51,304 bases of DNA from Cyanophora paradoxa CCMP329 (lineage: Eukaryota; Plantae; Glaucophyta), in assembly GCA_004431415.1 (NCBI GenBank), contig QPMI01000543.1, positions 1 through 51,304 of the forward strand, given 5' to 3'. The notes under the pieces are model-generated. The model had not been told where the DNA came from and made no database searches. It saw nothing but the letters and a program-made list of their open reading frames with translations. Shown here one piece after another: positions 13,848 to 24,957 of the stretch. Numbering within the stretch: position 1 is the first letter of the stretch; the number at the start of each line of letters is the position of its first letter. A program made the translations under genes and the position numbers.

Positions 13848-13966
13848 AAATTGCCGTAGTTTTAAATTGCCGTAAAGTTTTTTTTTGAGAGACTACGGTG
13901 GGGCGAACCCCCGTAGGTAGTGATATTAAGGACAACAAAGCAATCACAAATTGCCGTAAATTGCCG
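13848..13966 (+). other. GC hairpin flanked by four AAATTGCCG(TA) direct repeats; possible element terminus or origin
   Basis: AAATTGCCGTA at 13848, 13864 and 13948, AAATTGCCG at 13958; hairpin CTACGG(T)GGG-GCGAA-CCCCCGTAG at 13893-13916 followed by GTAGT; T tract just upstream. Confidence 0.5.
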
Positions 13967-14701
13967 AGAGGCTGAATTCGGCTACTCTCTAGTACCCCTA
14001 AGAATTCTCGGCTTTACAGACGAGAAATATTCATTAATACATATTTGTGTTTCACGTTTTTGCATATATAATAATTGGTAGAGGCGCGCGGCGCCACCGT
14101 GGCACGCGCATCATCGGCGGCGATTCGGCGCATGCATGCGATCATGATCATTCAAATGACGCACTGACTCAGTCATTATTGCTATGATGCTGGTCCATTG
14201 CTGGATTGATGCATGAAATGCCATGAATGGGCCATTGGGCGGCGGATGGCGCCGCATGTGCAATTTTTACTACCGTGTAGCCTGCGGTGTAGGGAGTCTA
14301 CCGTAGTACCGGTCGGGACTCTAGGGAGTCAGCCCGGCGGCCTGGCAGGGAGTCAGGGACGCGCCGCGCCGGCCCGCGCGCGCGGTGCGGCAAATCACTG
14401 AGTCTGACGGTCATTTGCTGAGAAGTTGCCAAGTTGATTTGGTCCCCGCCGAGTCGGCGCCGAGTCGCCGCCGAGTAATACGCCGGCGCCGACTCCCCGG
14501 GCCCCGGCGCCGCCGGGCCGGCGGGCTGGTCCAGACTGTACTACGGTAGCTACCGGTAGCTATCATACTATATATGAGGGCCATCAATGGGCCAAACGCG
14601 AAAAGGCAACTCCGAGAGCTCGAGACTCGGAAGTGACGCTTGGATTGCGGAGGTTCTTATAACCGCCGCAACAGCTGTGGGGGTACCCCCTCCGAGGCTG
14701 G

Positions 14702-14986
14702 CGATCGCGGCGATCGCGACCCGATCGCGACCCTGGTGATCGCGACTTTCTCCCGATCGCGACCCTTTTCGATCGCGATTTCGAGATCGGGGGCATTTCT
14801 GCGATCGCGAGAAAGGAAAAATCGGAAAAGGCCGAAAAGTGCGTTTTTCACGCGTGAAATCGACCGAAAACGAGGGTTCGAATCCCGGGCCCGGATTTGG
14901 ACTTGGGCAAAATCTCGGACTGAAATGGGAGAAAAATGGGACCTGGACTTGGGACTTGGGACTTGGACTTGGGACTTGGGACTTGG
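14702..14986 (+). repeat. Clustered GATCGCGA motifs followed by a (GGGACTT)n minisatellite
   Basis: About seven GATCGCG(A) copies at 14702-14810; GGACTTGGGACTTGGGACTT... at 14939-14986, upstream of the ORF at 15045. Confidence 0.7.
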
Positions 14987-15044
14987 GAAGAGTTGGAATC
15001 AGAGTCTGGACTCAAAACGGGGAAATTTTCGGAGGGGGAGAAAA

Positions 15045-15515
15045 ATGTCAGGCAATCTCTATTACGATTTCCCCTTTGAGTTGCATATGGCATTCGAGAG
15101 GCTGCGCGAGTTCTGGCGTTGGCACCTCACAGGACATGACATTCCCGACATAACACCAGAGCCCAACACACAGGGCGTGCTTGAAGTCATCCGTCAATAT
15201 CCGCGTCGATTCAATGAATGGATCGAGTTCCACGCAACGAACCGTTTCCAGAGTCTCCCCGAGGCCATACGCGAAAATTTCGTGAGGCTGGTGGGACCAG
15301 GCTACGACAACCCTAACAATCATAGACCACGCCCAGCTGGCGTGACGCGCGAAGCTCGAGAAGACCGTAGACTTTTCCGCAGGGAATTGAGAGAGGATAG
15401 ACGGAGGCTTTCAATGGGGCTCCCGCAGATTGTGAGGGGGTACAGCCCGGATTACGAGACTTACCAAGAATTGTACGGCTTCGAAAATCCCTTTGAGAGG
15501 GTACTACCAGGGTGA
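15045..15515 (+). CDS. Hypothetical 156 aa protein
   Basis: Clean ORF from an A-rich ATG context (AAAAATGTCA), complex composition (MSGNLYYDFPFELHMAFERLREFWRWHL...); no recognised domain. Confidence 0.5.
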   Translation: MSGNLYYDFPFELHMAFERLREFWRWHLTGHDIPDITPEPNTQGVLEVIRQYPRRFNEWIEFHATNRFQSLPEAIRENFVRLVGPGYDNPNNHRPRPAGVTREAREDRRLFRRELREDRRRLSMGLPQIVRGYSPDYETYQELYGFENPFERVLPG

Positions 15516-15853
15516 GGGGCCAGGGGGGGCCCCTGAGGGTGTACCCCCCATCCGAGACTCGACCTTCGGCGGACGCACTCGGGCAATTTCCGTCAGGCCG
15601 GCTCCTTTTTCTGTCTTCGGTCCAACGCTAAATTTGGCTTTTTCAGGCCAGTTGGCAACGTTTTCCGTTGCGAACTAGCCCAGGAAAAAATTCGCCCACA
15701 AAACCGCGGTCCGCCGCCATTTTGCCTCACTCTTGAAACGGGTTCGCCGCCTTCTCTCAGCCCAAGGAAACCCTGCCTCTCCGAATTTTCACAAGTCCGC
15801 CCTCACAGTCACCTCACGTTTTGCCTTTGCTGATTTCTTTTCCCTTTGCGCAG

Positions 15854-16397
15854 ATGTCGATTCCCGCTGAGCTTGCCGAGGACTTCGCCTTTGTCCAAGC
15901 AACGTGGGCTAACTCCGGTGGCACTCAAGGGGCTACCCCTGAGATGGAGCAGCGCGCCGACGCTCTGGGGTACATCTACAATTATGCCATCTTACGCGCC
16001 ACTGGCCCCGAAGTGCAACTTCTCCCCAAGTCCGCCTTCACGTCCAAGGCCAAGAAATCCAAGTCCAAGCAACCCAAGCCCGAGCCCCCGTCGACGTGCC
16101 CCCCGTCCCCGGCTGGGTCAAGACCGCCAACGGCTGGGGCGACCCAAGCTTTTCGCCGAGTCTGCTGCCGAGACGCTCGCCTGGGCCTACCCCCCTCAAG
16201 TCTTCACGAATTACCCCCCTCCGTCATCGTCGTCATCTGCCCCTCAGCCCGTCGCCGAGCCCGCCCCCGAGCCCGCCGATGACGCCAAGTCCGAGGCCTC
16301 TGACGTCGAGTCTGACATCAACGACTTCATCGACTTTGACGTGCCGATTCCATACGACTCTGTACAGACTGCTGTACAGCAGTACAACGGACTCTAG
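15854..16397 (+). pseudogene. Hypothetical protein with two apparent frameshifts, 3' end eroded
   Basis: ATG directly after a polypyrimidine/CAG acceptor-like site; the protein-like frame moves 15821-frame > 16096-frame (VPGWVKTANGWGDP) > 15846-frame (AETLAWAYPP...DINDFIDFD). Confidence 0.45.
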
Positions 16398-16680
16398 TAC
16401 GGTACCGGCCCGGCGGTACTACGGTAGTAGTACCGTAGTACGGACTCCGGGACTCCCGGACCGGGGGTCGTAGACTCGTACGCGTAGAATCGTAGTAGTG
16501 TCATGATCACATGTACAGTATACATGACACTATAGCTACCGCCGGCCGTACTACGGTAGTACTACATGTACAAAACTACGTCATGTAGTACGGACCCTAC
16601 GGACCGGCTACGTTAAAGGGTACCACTGTACAACTAGTACCACTAGCTAGCCTAGTAGCGGCTAGTACTAGGGTAATAGC
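16370..16680. repeat. Palindrome-saturated tract (GTAC/CCGG/ACTAGT/TACGTA)
   Basis: Overlapping 4-8 bp palindromes; no ORF. Confidence 0.65.
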
Positions 16681-18182
16681 CTGCATGCGCAGGCTGCAGG
16701 CTCAGCGGCTGCAGCCACCGCGGGCCGCGGCGCGAATGGAGCTCAGCGGCTGCCTCCGCTGGAGATTTAGAGTTGGGGTCACGATCTGGGCTGCCCGGCA
16801 GCCCTGCCAGGCTGCTGGGACTTGCAGGCGTCGGCGAGGCCTCCGCCGTCGCCGTGCTCGCGGCACAAGCCCGCACGGTCGCTGCGATCGGTCCCAGCCT
16901 CCTCCCGGTACCGGTGCGCTCCCTGCGCATCTCCGGTGGCTCCAGCGCTAGCGCCGACCCCATGGCCACCTCGTCGTCCTCGCCGCCCGCCGCCTCGGCT
17001 GGCCCGCCCCGGACCCGCGCGTGCTCCCTGCCCTCTCCTCGAGCCCGCCGTTGGTCGCCGCCCTCCCCAAGATCTAGAGCGCCGGCAGAGCGACGCAGCC
17101 GGGGGCGGGGCGGTGGCGGGACGTGTCCGACGACGCGCTCGTGGCCCTCCGGAGCGTCCCCACGGCCCTTTGTCTCCGTCTAGGATCGCTGAGGCATGTC
17201 TCTCTCCTGGCGGGCGGCGGCAGGGACGCGGGGGCGGGGGAGGCGGCCGACGGGCCCGGCGAGCCGCAAGATGCCCCGTACGCCCCCGTCCCCTGCCCCC
17301 CCCTACTCCCCCCCCCCCCCCTCCCCCCATCTCTTGAGCGCTCGCCGAGGGCCGCCCCGCGCGGCGGCAGGGGCCCGGAGCAGCCGGAGGAGGAGGGCGC
17401 ACCGCCGTCCAAGCGCCGATGAAGGGAGGCGGCCGCGGACGGGGGTACGGATAGTCCAGATCCGGCGCGGCGGGCGCCAGACGGGGTGCGATCGAGGACG
17501 AGGAGGCGGCGGGGTGATGCGGGGCGGGGGAGGGGGAGGGGCAGGAGCGCGGCCGGGGCGGACCGGCTGCGGGCCCTCTGGGCGCGTACGCGTACGCCGG
17601 TAGCGGCGTCGGATTTCGTTTTCCTCTTTCGAGACGTCGTTTCCTCGGATAGGGCCCCTCTCGTTCACAGGCTAGGTGCTGGCCCGCAGCGGGGCCCCCG
17701 AGCGAGGGCTCGGTTCCTGTGCGCCTTCATTGAATGTCTCAATAATGCATGACGTCGACACGAGATGCGCAGACACGGCCCCTTTCATTTGCGACACTGT
17801 AGCCGTTATGATTTGCATGAAGCTGTACAATTTCTTTGTTTCGGATGTATGATATTCGCGCGCGCCTGCTCATCTATACTTCTACATGAATCTTCTACTA
17901 GGCTAGTCAGTCGACGTCAGGGGGCCTTTTCTTCTGCTTTAATTTCAATTTCGCATGCTACGAGGTACATTTCACGGTTCTCGTGCTGCAAAAGCCTCAA
18001 CTTTCGCGCCTTTTCAGGGAACCGTAGTAGTACAGCATAGCAGTGATACCGTTGCCGTTGCAGCGCCAAAGCCAGTCTCCGGCCCGAGGCTCTCGAGCTC
18101 TTTTTCGCGAATGAATACCATAGTATTAAATTTATCCGAATGCAGAGACGAGTTGCAGCCTCTCATTTTTCCGTTTCTGCAG

Positions 18183-18779
18183 CTAGCCCGTAGGGAGGCA
18201 GTCATCCGCCGACTGGAAGCGGAGGCCGGCATCGCGGGCCGCCTCTGCGAGTTTCTGCATGCACGCCACCTTGCGCGCGAGGCCTCCCGAGGCCTTTTTA
18301 ACCCTCATCTCGCACACGCGGGCCGATGCCGCGTCCTTGAACCCGTAGGCGACCGCGACGAGGCGCCACGGGCCCCTGCCGCGGCAGAACGAGTTCTTGA
18401 TCGAGCCCGTAAAGTGCTCGTGAAGGCGGCGCTTCAGGTTGGTGGTGGAGCCCGTGTAGCTGACCTTGCCATTCTCCAATATGTACACGGCGGGGCTCGA
18501 CCCCACGAGAACGACGAGGGGGTCCTCCGCGAGCTCGAGGGCAGAGGGGGAGCTCGCGCTCGCCGGGGCTGCGGCCGTCGGCGATGCTGCAGAGCGCGTG
18601 GCGCGCACGTGATCGAGCACGGCGCACGCAGCTCGCTCCGTCTGCGTCGGCGTCGACGTCGACGTCGCGATCGGCGGCAGCGGCAAGCTTAAGCCGCCGG
18701 AAGCGGGCGTATGCACGGTCTCGAGTTCGAGGCTTGCTTCGAGATCCGCCCCATCGCGATCGCCTGCAGCAGGATCCAT
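18183..18779 (-). CDS. GIY-YIG endonuclease (SLX1/UPF0213-like)
   Basis: AVYILE...SYTGSTTNLKRRLHEH...RGRGPWRLVAVAYGF...ARVCEMRVK; Tyr, Arg, His and Glu of the GIY-YIG site present; intronless. Confidence 0.87.
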   Translation of the reverse strand: MDPAAGDRDGADLEASLELETVHTPASGGLSLPLPPIATSTSTPTQTERAACAVLDHVRATRSAASPTAAAPASASSPSALELAEDPLVVLVGSSPAVYILENGKVSYTGSTTNLKRRLHEHFTGSIKNSFCRGRGPWRLVAVAYGFKDAASARVCEMRVKKASGGLARKVACMQKLAEAARDAGLRFQSADDCLPTG

Positions 18780-19977
18780 AGATACCTATATATCTATTAC
18801 TATATATATTGCCAAGAACCAGAGACGATGAGCCCTGCCCCGGCAATTTGTTTTTATTTATGTGTCCGGCCGGCCAGGCCCTCAATGGCCCAGCCCGCCA
18901 GCTGACAGTGACCCCGGCGATATGATGGCGATATCGATGTCGATCCTTAGGGCCTGTGCCGGTGTGATCGCGGTCTTTTAATCGAGAGCACGCCGCGCCA
19001 AGCTTAAGCCTGAATCGGTACTCGGGACGGGAATTTCGATAAGGTTCTTCGCCATACATGTCCAACCGAAATTCTAGCGGAGCACAGCGAACGATTGGCG
19101 CGAAACTGAGCACGTCTGAAGTGCAGTTTAGAGCAATCTAGAGCAGGGAGATTTTGGGTTTCGCGCCAATGTCTCGCCGTGCAGAAGTTGGCCTCGGGGG
19201 TCGCTGCGCCCCGGCCCCCTCTTCAGCCCTCGACAGCGCAAGGCAGCTCAAGGCCCGCCCAGGCCCCCCCGCTCCCCCCAACTGCCCTTCCCGGGACTCG
19301 AACGCTGGGGCAATAAGACGCCGGCCGGGCGCGCTGCTAGCTCGGCTAGCTCGCCGCGAAACTGGCCTTTTCCTCGTCGCTTTTGTATGGCCATACATCT
19401 AGGAAAATTTCGTACCGCATCCGCACGAAACTGAGCCTTATTCTAGCATCAAGATGCATACTAGCTAGTATTAAACGCTTCAGTTTCTCGCCAATCGCTT
19501 TCCATTATTTTATCCAGCCAAATCGACCAGACAATCCTAGAGTTGACACTCGCCGTAGATATAATGCTTTCGAACTGGTATTCGCTGGATTCCGGGTTTT
19601 ATAATCATGTGCGCACGTACTACGGTATACGTAGCTACTGACTCTGAGGTCCTTTTCATTTTGAATCGATCTAATTATAAAGCAGTCACGTTGACGTAAG
19701 CGTCGACATATGCAGTTGAATCCGAATTCTATTAGTATTAATTTCATGCGACTCGCCACGGCGTCCGACGGTCGGTGATTTGGTTTTTGGTGAATTCAAT
19801 GCATATGATTACCGGCCACAGTCTCTAGACACCAGCACTGCGGGGGCTGCCCAGGGGGCACAGTGAAGTTTTAGATGCGCATAAGTGTCCGAATTCGAAT
19901 ATATAAATACAACACTGTAACACGGGCGTACGCGTGTGAGTCTATTAATTACAAACAATGCCCGTGTATGCGACCAG

Positions 19978-21642
19978 CTAGCTGAAGGGGGCATACGGAA
20001 GGAGAAAAATGCTGTATCCAGAAGCGCTCGGTACAATGACGGCGCGCTCGTCCGCCGTGAAGCGCACGCCGCGGTGCACGGCGATCGAACCCTCAGCGCG
20101 AAAGGGAACACGAAAGGGCCCCGCCCGCAGCCCTCGAAAAGGCCAGACGACCTCTACCGATGCCATACTACGGCCGTGGGTCGACAGGGGGCGTTTGTAG
20201 AAAGCAAGAACAGAGCGGCTTGGGGTTGTGCACATCACGATAGAGACGGGAATCCCGAGGACTTCGAACAGGTCGTCCCTGACAAGCGTCTCGCTTACGC
20301 TTTGCGTGAGCTCCCATGCATTCGTCTTCGGATTGAAGGGGCGCCACGAAGAGGGACCTGTTGGAAGGCCCACGATGTAAAACGAATTTTGAGAGACATC
20401 GAGATAACCCTCGCGCCCCGGGGCAGACCACGTGGAAGGCAAGTCCGCGAAGATCGGTGTGAGCGTGGCGACGCGATGCCGCACTGGCTCCCACACGAAC
20501 GAGCTGGTTTGACACACGGCGAGCACGCGGCTCTCCCCCGCAGGGGCCAAAAAGCGAATCGAGATGACATCGCGAAGGGTTGACCGGGGATCCCGAACCT
20601 CGGATGTGCCCGCGCACAGCGTGTAGCGAGCTGCCCACCACCAGTAGACGTGCTTGCGACTGGCGGAATGCACGATCCACGGGCTCTCATCTTTTGGACC
20701 CTGAATGCGGGGCCAGGGCCCGGGAAAGAAAAGTTGCCCGCGACCGCGCGTCACGTTTTCGCGGTCGGGCTCGTAAATTGCAACCGAGTTCGTGTACTGT
20801 AACCAAAGGCGCCCTGAGGGGTCGCGCGCCATATCGACCAGCCAGGCGTGCGAGTTACGAAAAACGGGGGTCCATCGACCGGACTCCAAGTCCACGACGT
20901 GAATTGTTTCGCTCCCTCCGACGGCCAGGCCGACGTGGTTTTCATCGATGGCAACAATTCGCCGCACTCGCTTTTGAGGTATTATCGTGAGTGCGCTCGA
21001 CGTCAGGTCCTTTGTCTCGCTAGGAGGTCCGCCCCCGGACGGAATTACCCTGTATCGACCCTCTCGATACAAGGCGACGCGCCCATCCGGCAGCCCAAAC
21101 ACGATGCCAGGAGCTCCAAATGCAGGAGCCCAGCTCGGAGCCCCTTTAATGGAGGGAGCCGCGTCGCGCTCATGATCGCCGACGCCTTGCAGAAGAGAAA
21201 CGATGCGGTACTCATCGGTCTCGTAGCTGTGCACAACGGCCCACTCGCCGGAGGCCGCGAGGATAAGCGAGCCGCTCTCTCCTGGGGACAAGATGGGCAA
21301 GGCGAGAATGGCGGGTCGAGGCGGTCGGAAAAGCAGCCCGAGATCGGCAGGCATAGGGGCGGCCCGCCCCGCCTTGTGAAACACGGGATAGAGGCATCGC
21401 GTCATCTCTCCCGCGTCGACCGAACCGAATCGCGTCCGGGCGGATAGCCTCTTGGAGCAGATGGAAGCGAGCACGGCTGGGTCGGCCCGCAATAGTACGG
21501 CGATTGCAGAATCGGGTGCGAAAGGAAGGTCAGCGTCCACGTCTTCCGCAAAACCAGACACAGTTTTGCACGAGAGAGTGGATTGCGCATATGCGTGCCA
21601 TACGCAAGCCCATGAGGAGCTGCAGGAGGCCGGATAAGGCAT
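19978..21642 (-). CDS. Beta-propeller-like protein with possible divergent N-terminal F-box
   Basis: Long clean ORF; strand-turn repeats (IVFGLPDGRVALY, TIHVVDLESGRW, DMARDPSGRLWL); N-terminal DLPFAPDSAIAVLLRADPAVLASICSKRL loosely F-box-like. Start uncertain. Confidence 0.55.
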   Translation of the reverse strand: MPYPASCSSSWACVWHAYAQSTLSCKTVSGFAEDVDADLPFAPDSAIAVLLRADPAVLASICSKRLSARTRFGSVDAGEMTRCLYPVFHKAGRAAPMPADLGLLFRPPRPAILALPILSPGESGSLILAASGEWAVVHSYETDEYRIVSLLQGVGDHERDAAPSIKGAPSWAPAFGAPGIVFGLPDGRVALYREGRYRVIPSGGGPPSETKDLTSSALTIIPQKRVRRIVAIDENHVGLAVGGSETIHVVDLESGRWTPVFRNSHAWLVDMARDPSGRLWLQYTNSVAIYEPDRENVTRGRGQLFFPGPWPRIQGPKDESPWIVHSASRKHVYWWWAARYTLCAGTSEVRDPRSTLRDVISIRFLAPAGESRVLAVCQTSSFVWEPVRHRVATLTPIFADLPSTWSAPGREGYLDVSQNSFYIVGLPTGPSSWRPFNPKTNAWELTQSVSETLVRDDLFEVLGIPVSIVMCTTPSRSVLAFYKRPLSTHGRSMASVEVVWPFRGLRAGPFRVPFRAEGSIAVHRGVRFTADERAVIVPSASGYSIFLLPYAPFS

Positions 21643-21969
21643 ATTAGAGCTTGGAAGTGAGTGGGCATTGCAATTGCAATGGATATCCTGCGCATGCAAA
21701 CGCGAGTCGCGATCGGATTCAAGCACCGTGTCCGTATACGTATTTGCACCCCTCATGATCAGAACGCGTCTCGAACTCCGGATCGGGGTCTTTGAGCTTG
21801 TGCTTGCAATTGCACGTGGGTCCCTTTTGGGATGTGCCATATATGCATCCCACCCATGGCAAGGCCCCCGATTTGAAACGCGGGATCGACCGGAGCTCGC
21901 GATCGGAACGAATTCGGTGGACGTCGACGTAAATGGGAAACAGCGCACTACGGTACCCTCAGGTTCAGT

Positions 21970-23578
21970 TGCAGGCGGTCTTCTGCTTGGCTTATACAAT
22001 TAATCATGAATAAATCTAAGGAGGGAAAGGGGGAGAGGTGGGGGTGGGGGGCGCTTCAAAATTTCGGGGACACCAGAAATCTAGATCTAGAGCGGCCGTG
22101 GTCTTATATAATTAAGGAGGACTGGACGTCAATGGGAAACGGCGTATCCCCAGGTGCCGAGCTGAGCTTGGCCAGATGGAGAGACGAGGTGGGGGGTCCT
22201 TGAGCGAAGCCTGGACGTAAATGGGAAACGCAGTACCCCCCAAGGGGGCGAGCTGAGCTTGGCCAGAGGAAGAGACGGAGGAGGGGGCCGGGGGCCTTGA
22301 GCGAAGCCTGGACGTAAATGGGAAACGCAGTACCCCCCAGGGGGGCGAGCTGAGCTTGGCCAGAGGAAGAGACGGAGGAAGGGGGACCTTGAGCGAAGCC
22401 TGGACGTAAATGGGAAACGCAGTACCCCCCAGGGGGGGGGGGGCGAGCTGAGCTTGGCCGGAGGGAGAGAGGAGAGAGAGGGGAGGGGGCCTTGAGCGAA
22501 GCCTGGACGTAAATGGGAAACGCAGTACCCCGAGGGGCAAGCTGAGCTTGGCCGGAGGAGAGACGGAGACAGGGGAGGGCGGCCTTGAGCGAAGCTACTT
22601 TCTACTTTCTAGCTGAGCTTGGCCGGAGGGAGAGAGGAGAGAGAGGGAAGGGGGCCTTGAGCGAAGCCTGGACGTAAATGGGAAACGCAGTACCCCCTTC
22701 CCCTCCCATCCACCCTCCATGAGCCAATCCGAGCACATGATCATGATCATCAACGATTATTGCAATAATAATCAATCAAGCAGTAGGAATATTATGAGAT
22801 CGCAGCGTCAGTTTATATCTGCGGTCGATTCTAGATCGGATCCCGTCCCCGCGCGAGCCTTCTCTCTCTAGATTCAGATGTAGATCTCAATCTAAATGGC
22901 ATCGATGCCATGATAATCATATATATGCAGCTGCAGGCGGCAAGGAGAGCTGGGGGTACAGCGTTTCCCATTATCGTCCAGGGCTCCCCTATGGCCGGGG
23001 TGTCCCGCAGAGAGGAGAGCGGGGGTACAGCGTTTCCCATTATCGTCCAGGGCTCCCTATGGCCGGGTGTCCCGCAGAGAGGAGGGCCCCGGGGTACAGC
23101 GTTTCCCATTATCGTCCAGGGCTCCCCTATGGCCGGGGTGTCCCGCAGAGAGGAGAGCGGGGGGGACAGCATTTCCCATTTACGTCCAGGGCTCCCCTAT
23201 GGCCGGGGTGTCCCGCAGAGAGGAGAGCGGGGGGTACAGCGTTTCCCATTATCGTCCAGGGCTCCCCTATGGCCGGGGTGTCCCGCAGAGAGGAGAGCGG
23301 GGGGGTACAGCGTTTCCCATTATCGTCCAGGGCTCCCCTTTGGCCGGGGCCCCCCGCAGAAAGGAGAGCTGGGGGGTACAGCGTTTCCCATTTACGTCCA
23401 GGGCTCCCCTATGACCGGTGTGCCCCGCAGAGAGGAGATCTGCGGGGGACAGCGTTTCCCATTATCGTCCAGGGCCCTCGTACACATGCACATTGCCGGC
23501 CCCGGGGTCCCCGCAGATCTAGAGAGGAGATCTTTGGGGTCAGGGGTTACAGCGTTTCCCATTTACGTCCAGGGCTCC
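21970..23578. repeat. Bipartite repeat module 1 (6 forward cores, type-A centre, 9 reverse cores)
   Basis: CTGGACGTAAATGGGAAACGCAGTACCC at ~22122 (degenerate), 22211, 22308, 22400, 22503, 22668; reverse core GGGTACAGCGTTTCCCATTATCGTCCAG at ~70-bp period from 22953 to 23575. Confidence 0.95.
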
Positions 23579-23972
23579 TCTTTCGAAGCGTGCGCGTGAT
23601 CATGAGACTCTGAGATCGCGGCCATCTTTGGGACTCGGAGCTGTAGACCTCGCCAATCGCGAGTCGCGTTGTGCGCGGGCCGCGGCCGGCCGCGCGCGGG
23701 TCCAAAGTCAACTGTGCTGCATTCAATCATAATTTGCATTTACGTATATATACATTTGCGGCCGTGCGGGCCTTGCCAGCACTCTAGATCTAGATCTAGA
23801 TATAGATTTATCATCGTATGGCGTATGCGGGCCGGGGGCGCGGCGAGCCGGAGCGCGTGCAGCCAGCAGGGCTTGCGGCGCGCGTCGGCGAGCTCCGGCC
23901 GTGGGCCCGGGGCCCGGGGCCCGGGGCTGGCCATGGGCGCGAGGCATGTGCGAGGCGTGAGAGCGGGTGCAG

Positions 23973-24957
23973 CTGCAGGCGGTCTTCTGCTTGGCTTGAT
24001 CATGAATAAATCTAGAGGTGGGGGGCGGGGGGAGGGGGAGGGGGGGGGGGGGGGGGGGGGGGGGGGCAGAGGTAGGGGGGGGGCGCTTTCAAATTTTCGG
24101 GAGCACCAGAAATCTAGATCTAGAGCGGCCTTGAGGGAGGCCTGGACGTAAATGGGAAATAGCGTACCCTCAGATGCAGCTGAAGGCGGGAAGAAGTTTC
24201 GATCTGCTTGGCTTGAATAAATCCTAGAGGGGGGGAGAGGGCAGAGGTAGGGGCGGGGGGGCGCTTTCAAATTTTCGGGAGCTCCAGAAATCAAGATCTA
24301 GAGCGGCCGCGGCCTTGAGGGAGGCCTGGACGTAAATGGGAAACGCTGTAACCCCTGGCACACGAACTGAGTCTAGCCAGGGAGAAGCGGGGGGGGGGAA
24401 GGGGGGGAGAGGGGGGCTTTCTTACAATCACCCATATGCACGGCAGCCCGGCGGCCCCCCCTCTCCCCCCCCCCTCGCCCTCACCCTCCATGAGCCAATC
24501 CGAGCACACTGACATGATCATGATCATCAACGATTATCGCAATAGTAATGATCAAGCACTAGGAATATTAAAATGAGATCTAAGCGTCGACGTCGGTCTA
24601 GATCTAGATCTAGATCTAAATCTGCGGCTGTCAAGACGACACTAGCTATATAGATCAGATCCCGTCCCCCGCACGCGCCTTCTAGATCTCACTCTAGATT
24701 TAGATGTCGCTCTCAATCTAAATGGCATCGATGCCATGATCATCATATGCAGCTGCAGGCTGCAAGGAGAGCTGGCCGTGGGATACAGCGTTTCCCATTT
24801 ACGTCCAGGGCTCCCCTATGGCCGGGGTGTCCCGCAGAGAGGAGAGCGGGGTATAGCGTTTCCCATTATCGTCCAGGGCTCCCCTATGGCCGGGGTCCCT
24901 CGCAGAGAGGATGGCTGTGGGGGTACAGCGTTTTCCATTTACGTCCAAGGCTCCCCT
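23973..24957. repeat. Bipartite repeat module 2 (2 forward cores, type-A centre, 3 reverse cores)
   Basis: Same leader as module 1 (GCAGGCGGTCTTCTGCTTGGCTT...TTCAAATTTTCGGG...); cores at ~24142, 24326 and ~24781, 24849, 24919; centre 24483-24775 homologous to 22712-22950. Confidence 0.93.

Noticed and set aside
14939-14986. Telomere repeat
   Set aside because: Short, internal and irregular, and GGGACTT is not a telomere unit I can assign to this host.
16770-17600. Gene in the GC-rich stretch ending EEEGAPPSKRR*
   Set aside because: Low-complexity overlapping ORFs in all frames; no consistent model.
22120-23578. CRISPR array (30-bp repeats with intervening sequence)
   Set aside because: The intervening sequences are homologous to each other rather than unique spacers, the arrays are inverted around a centre, no cas genes are present, and the context is eukaryotic.
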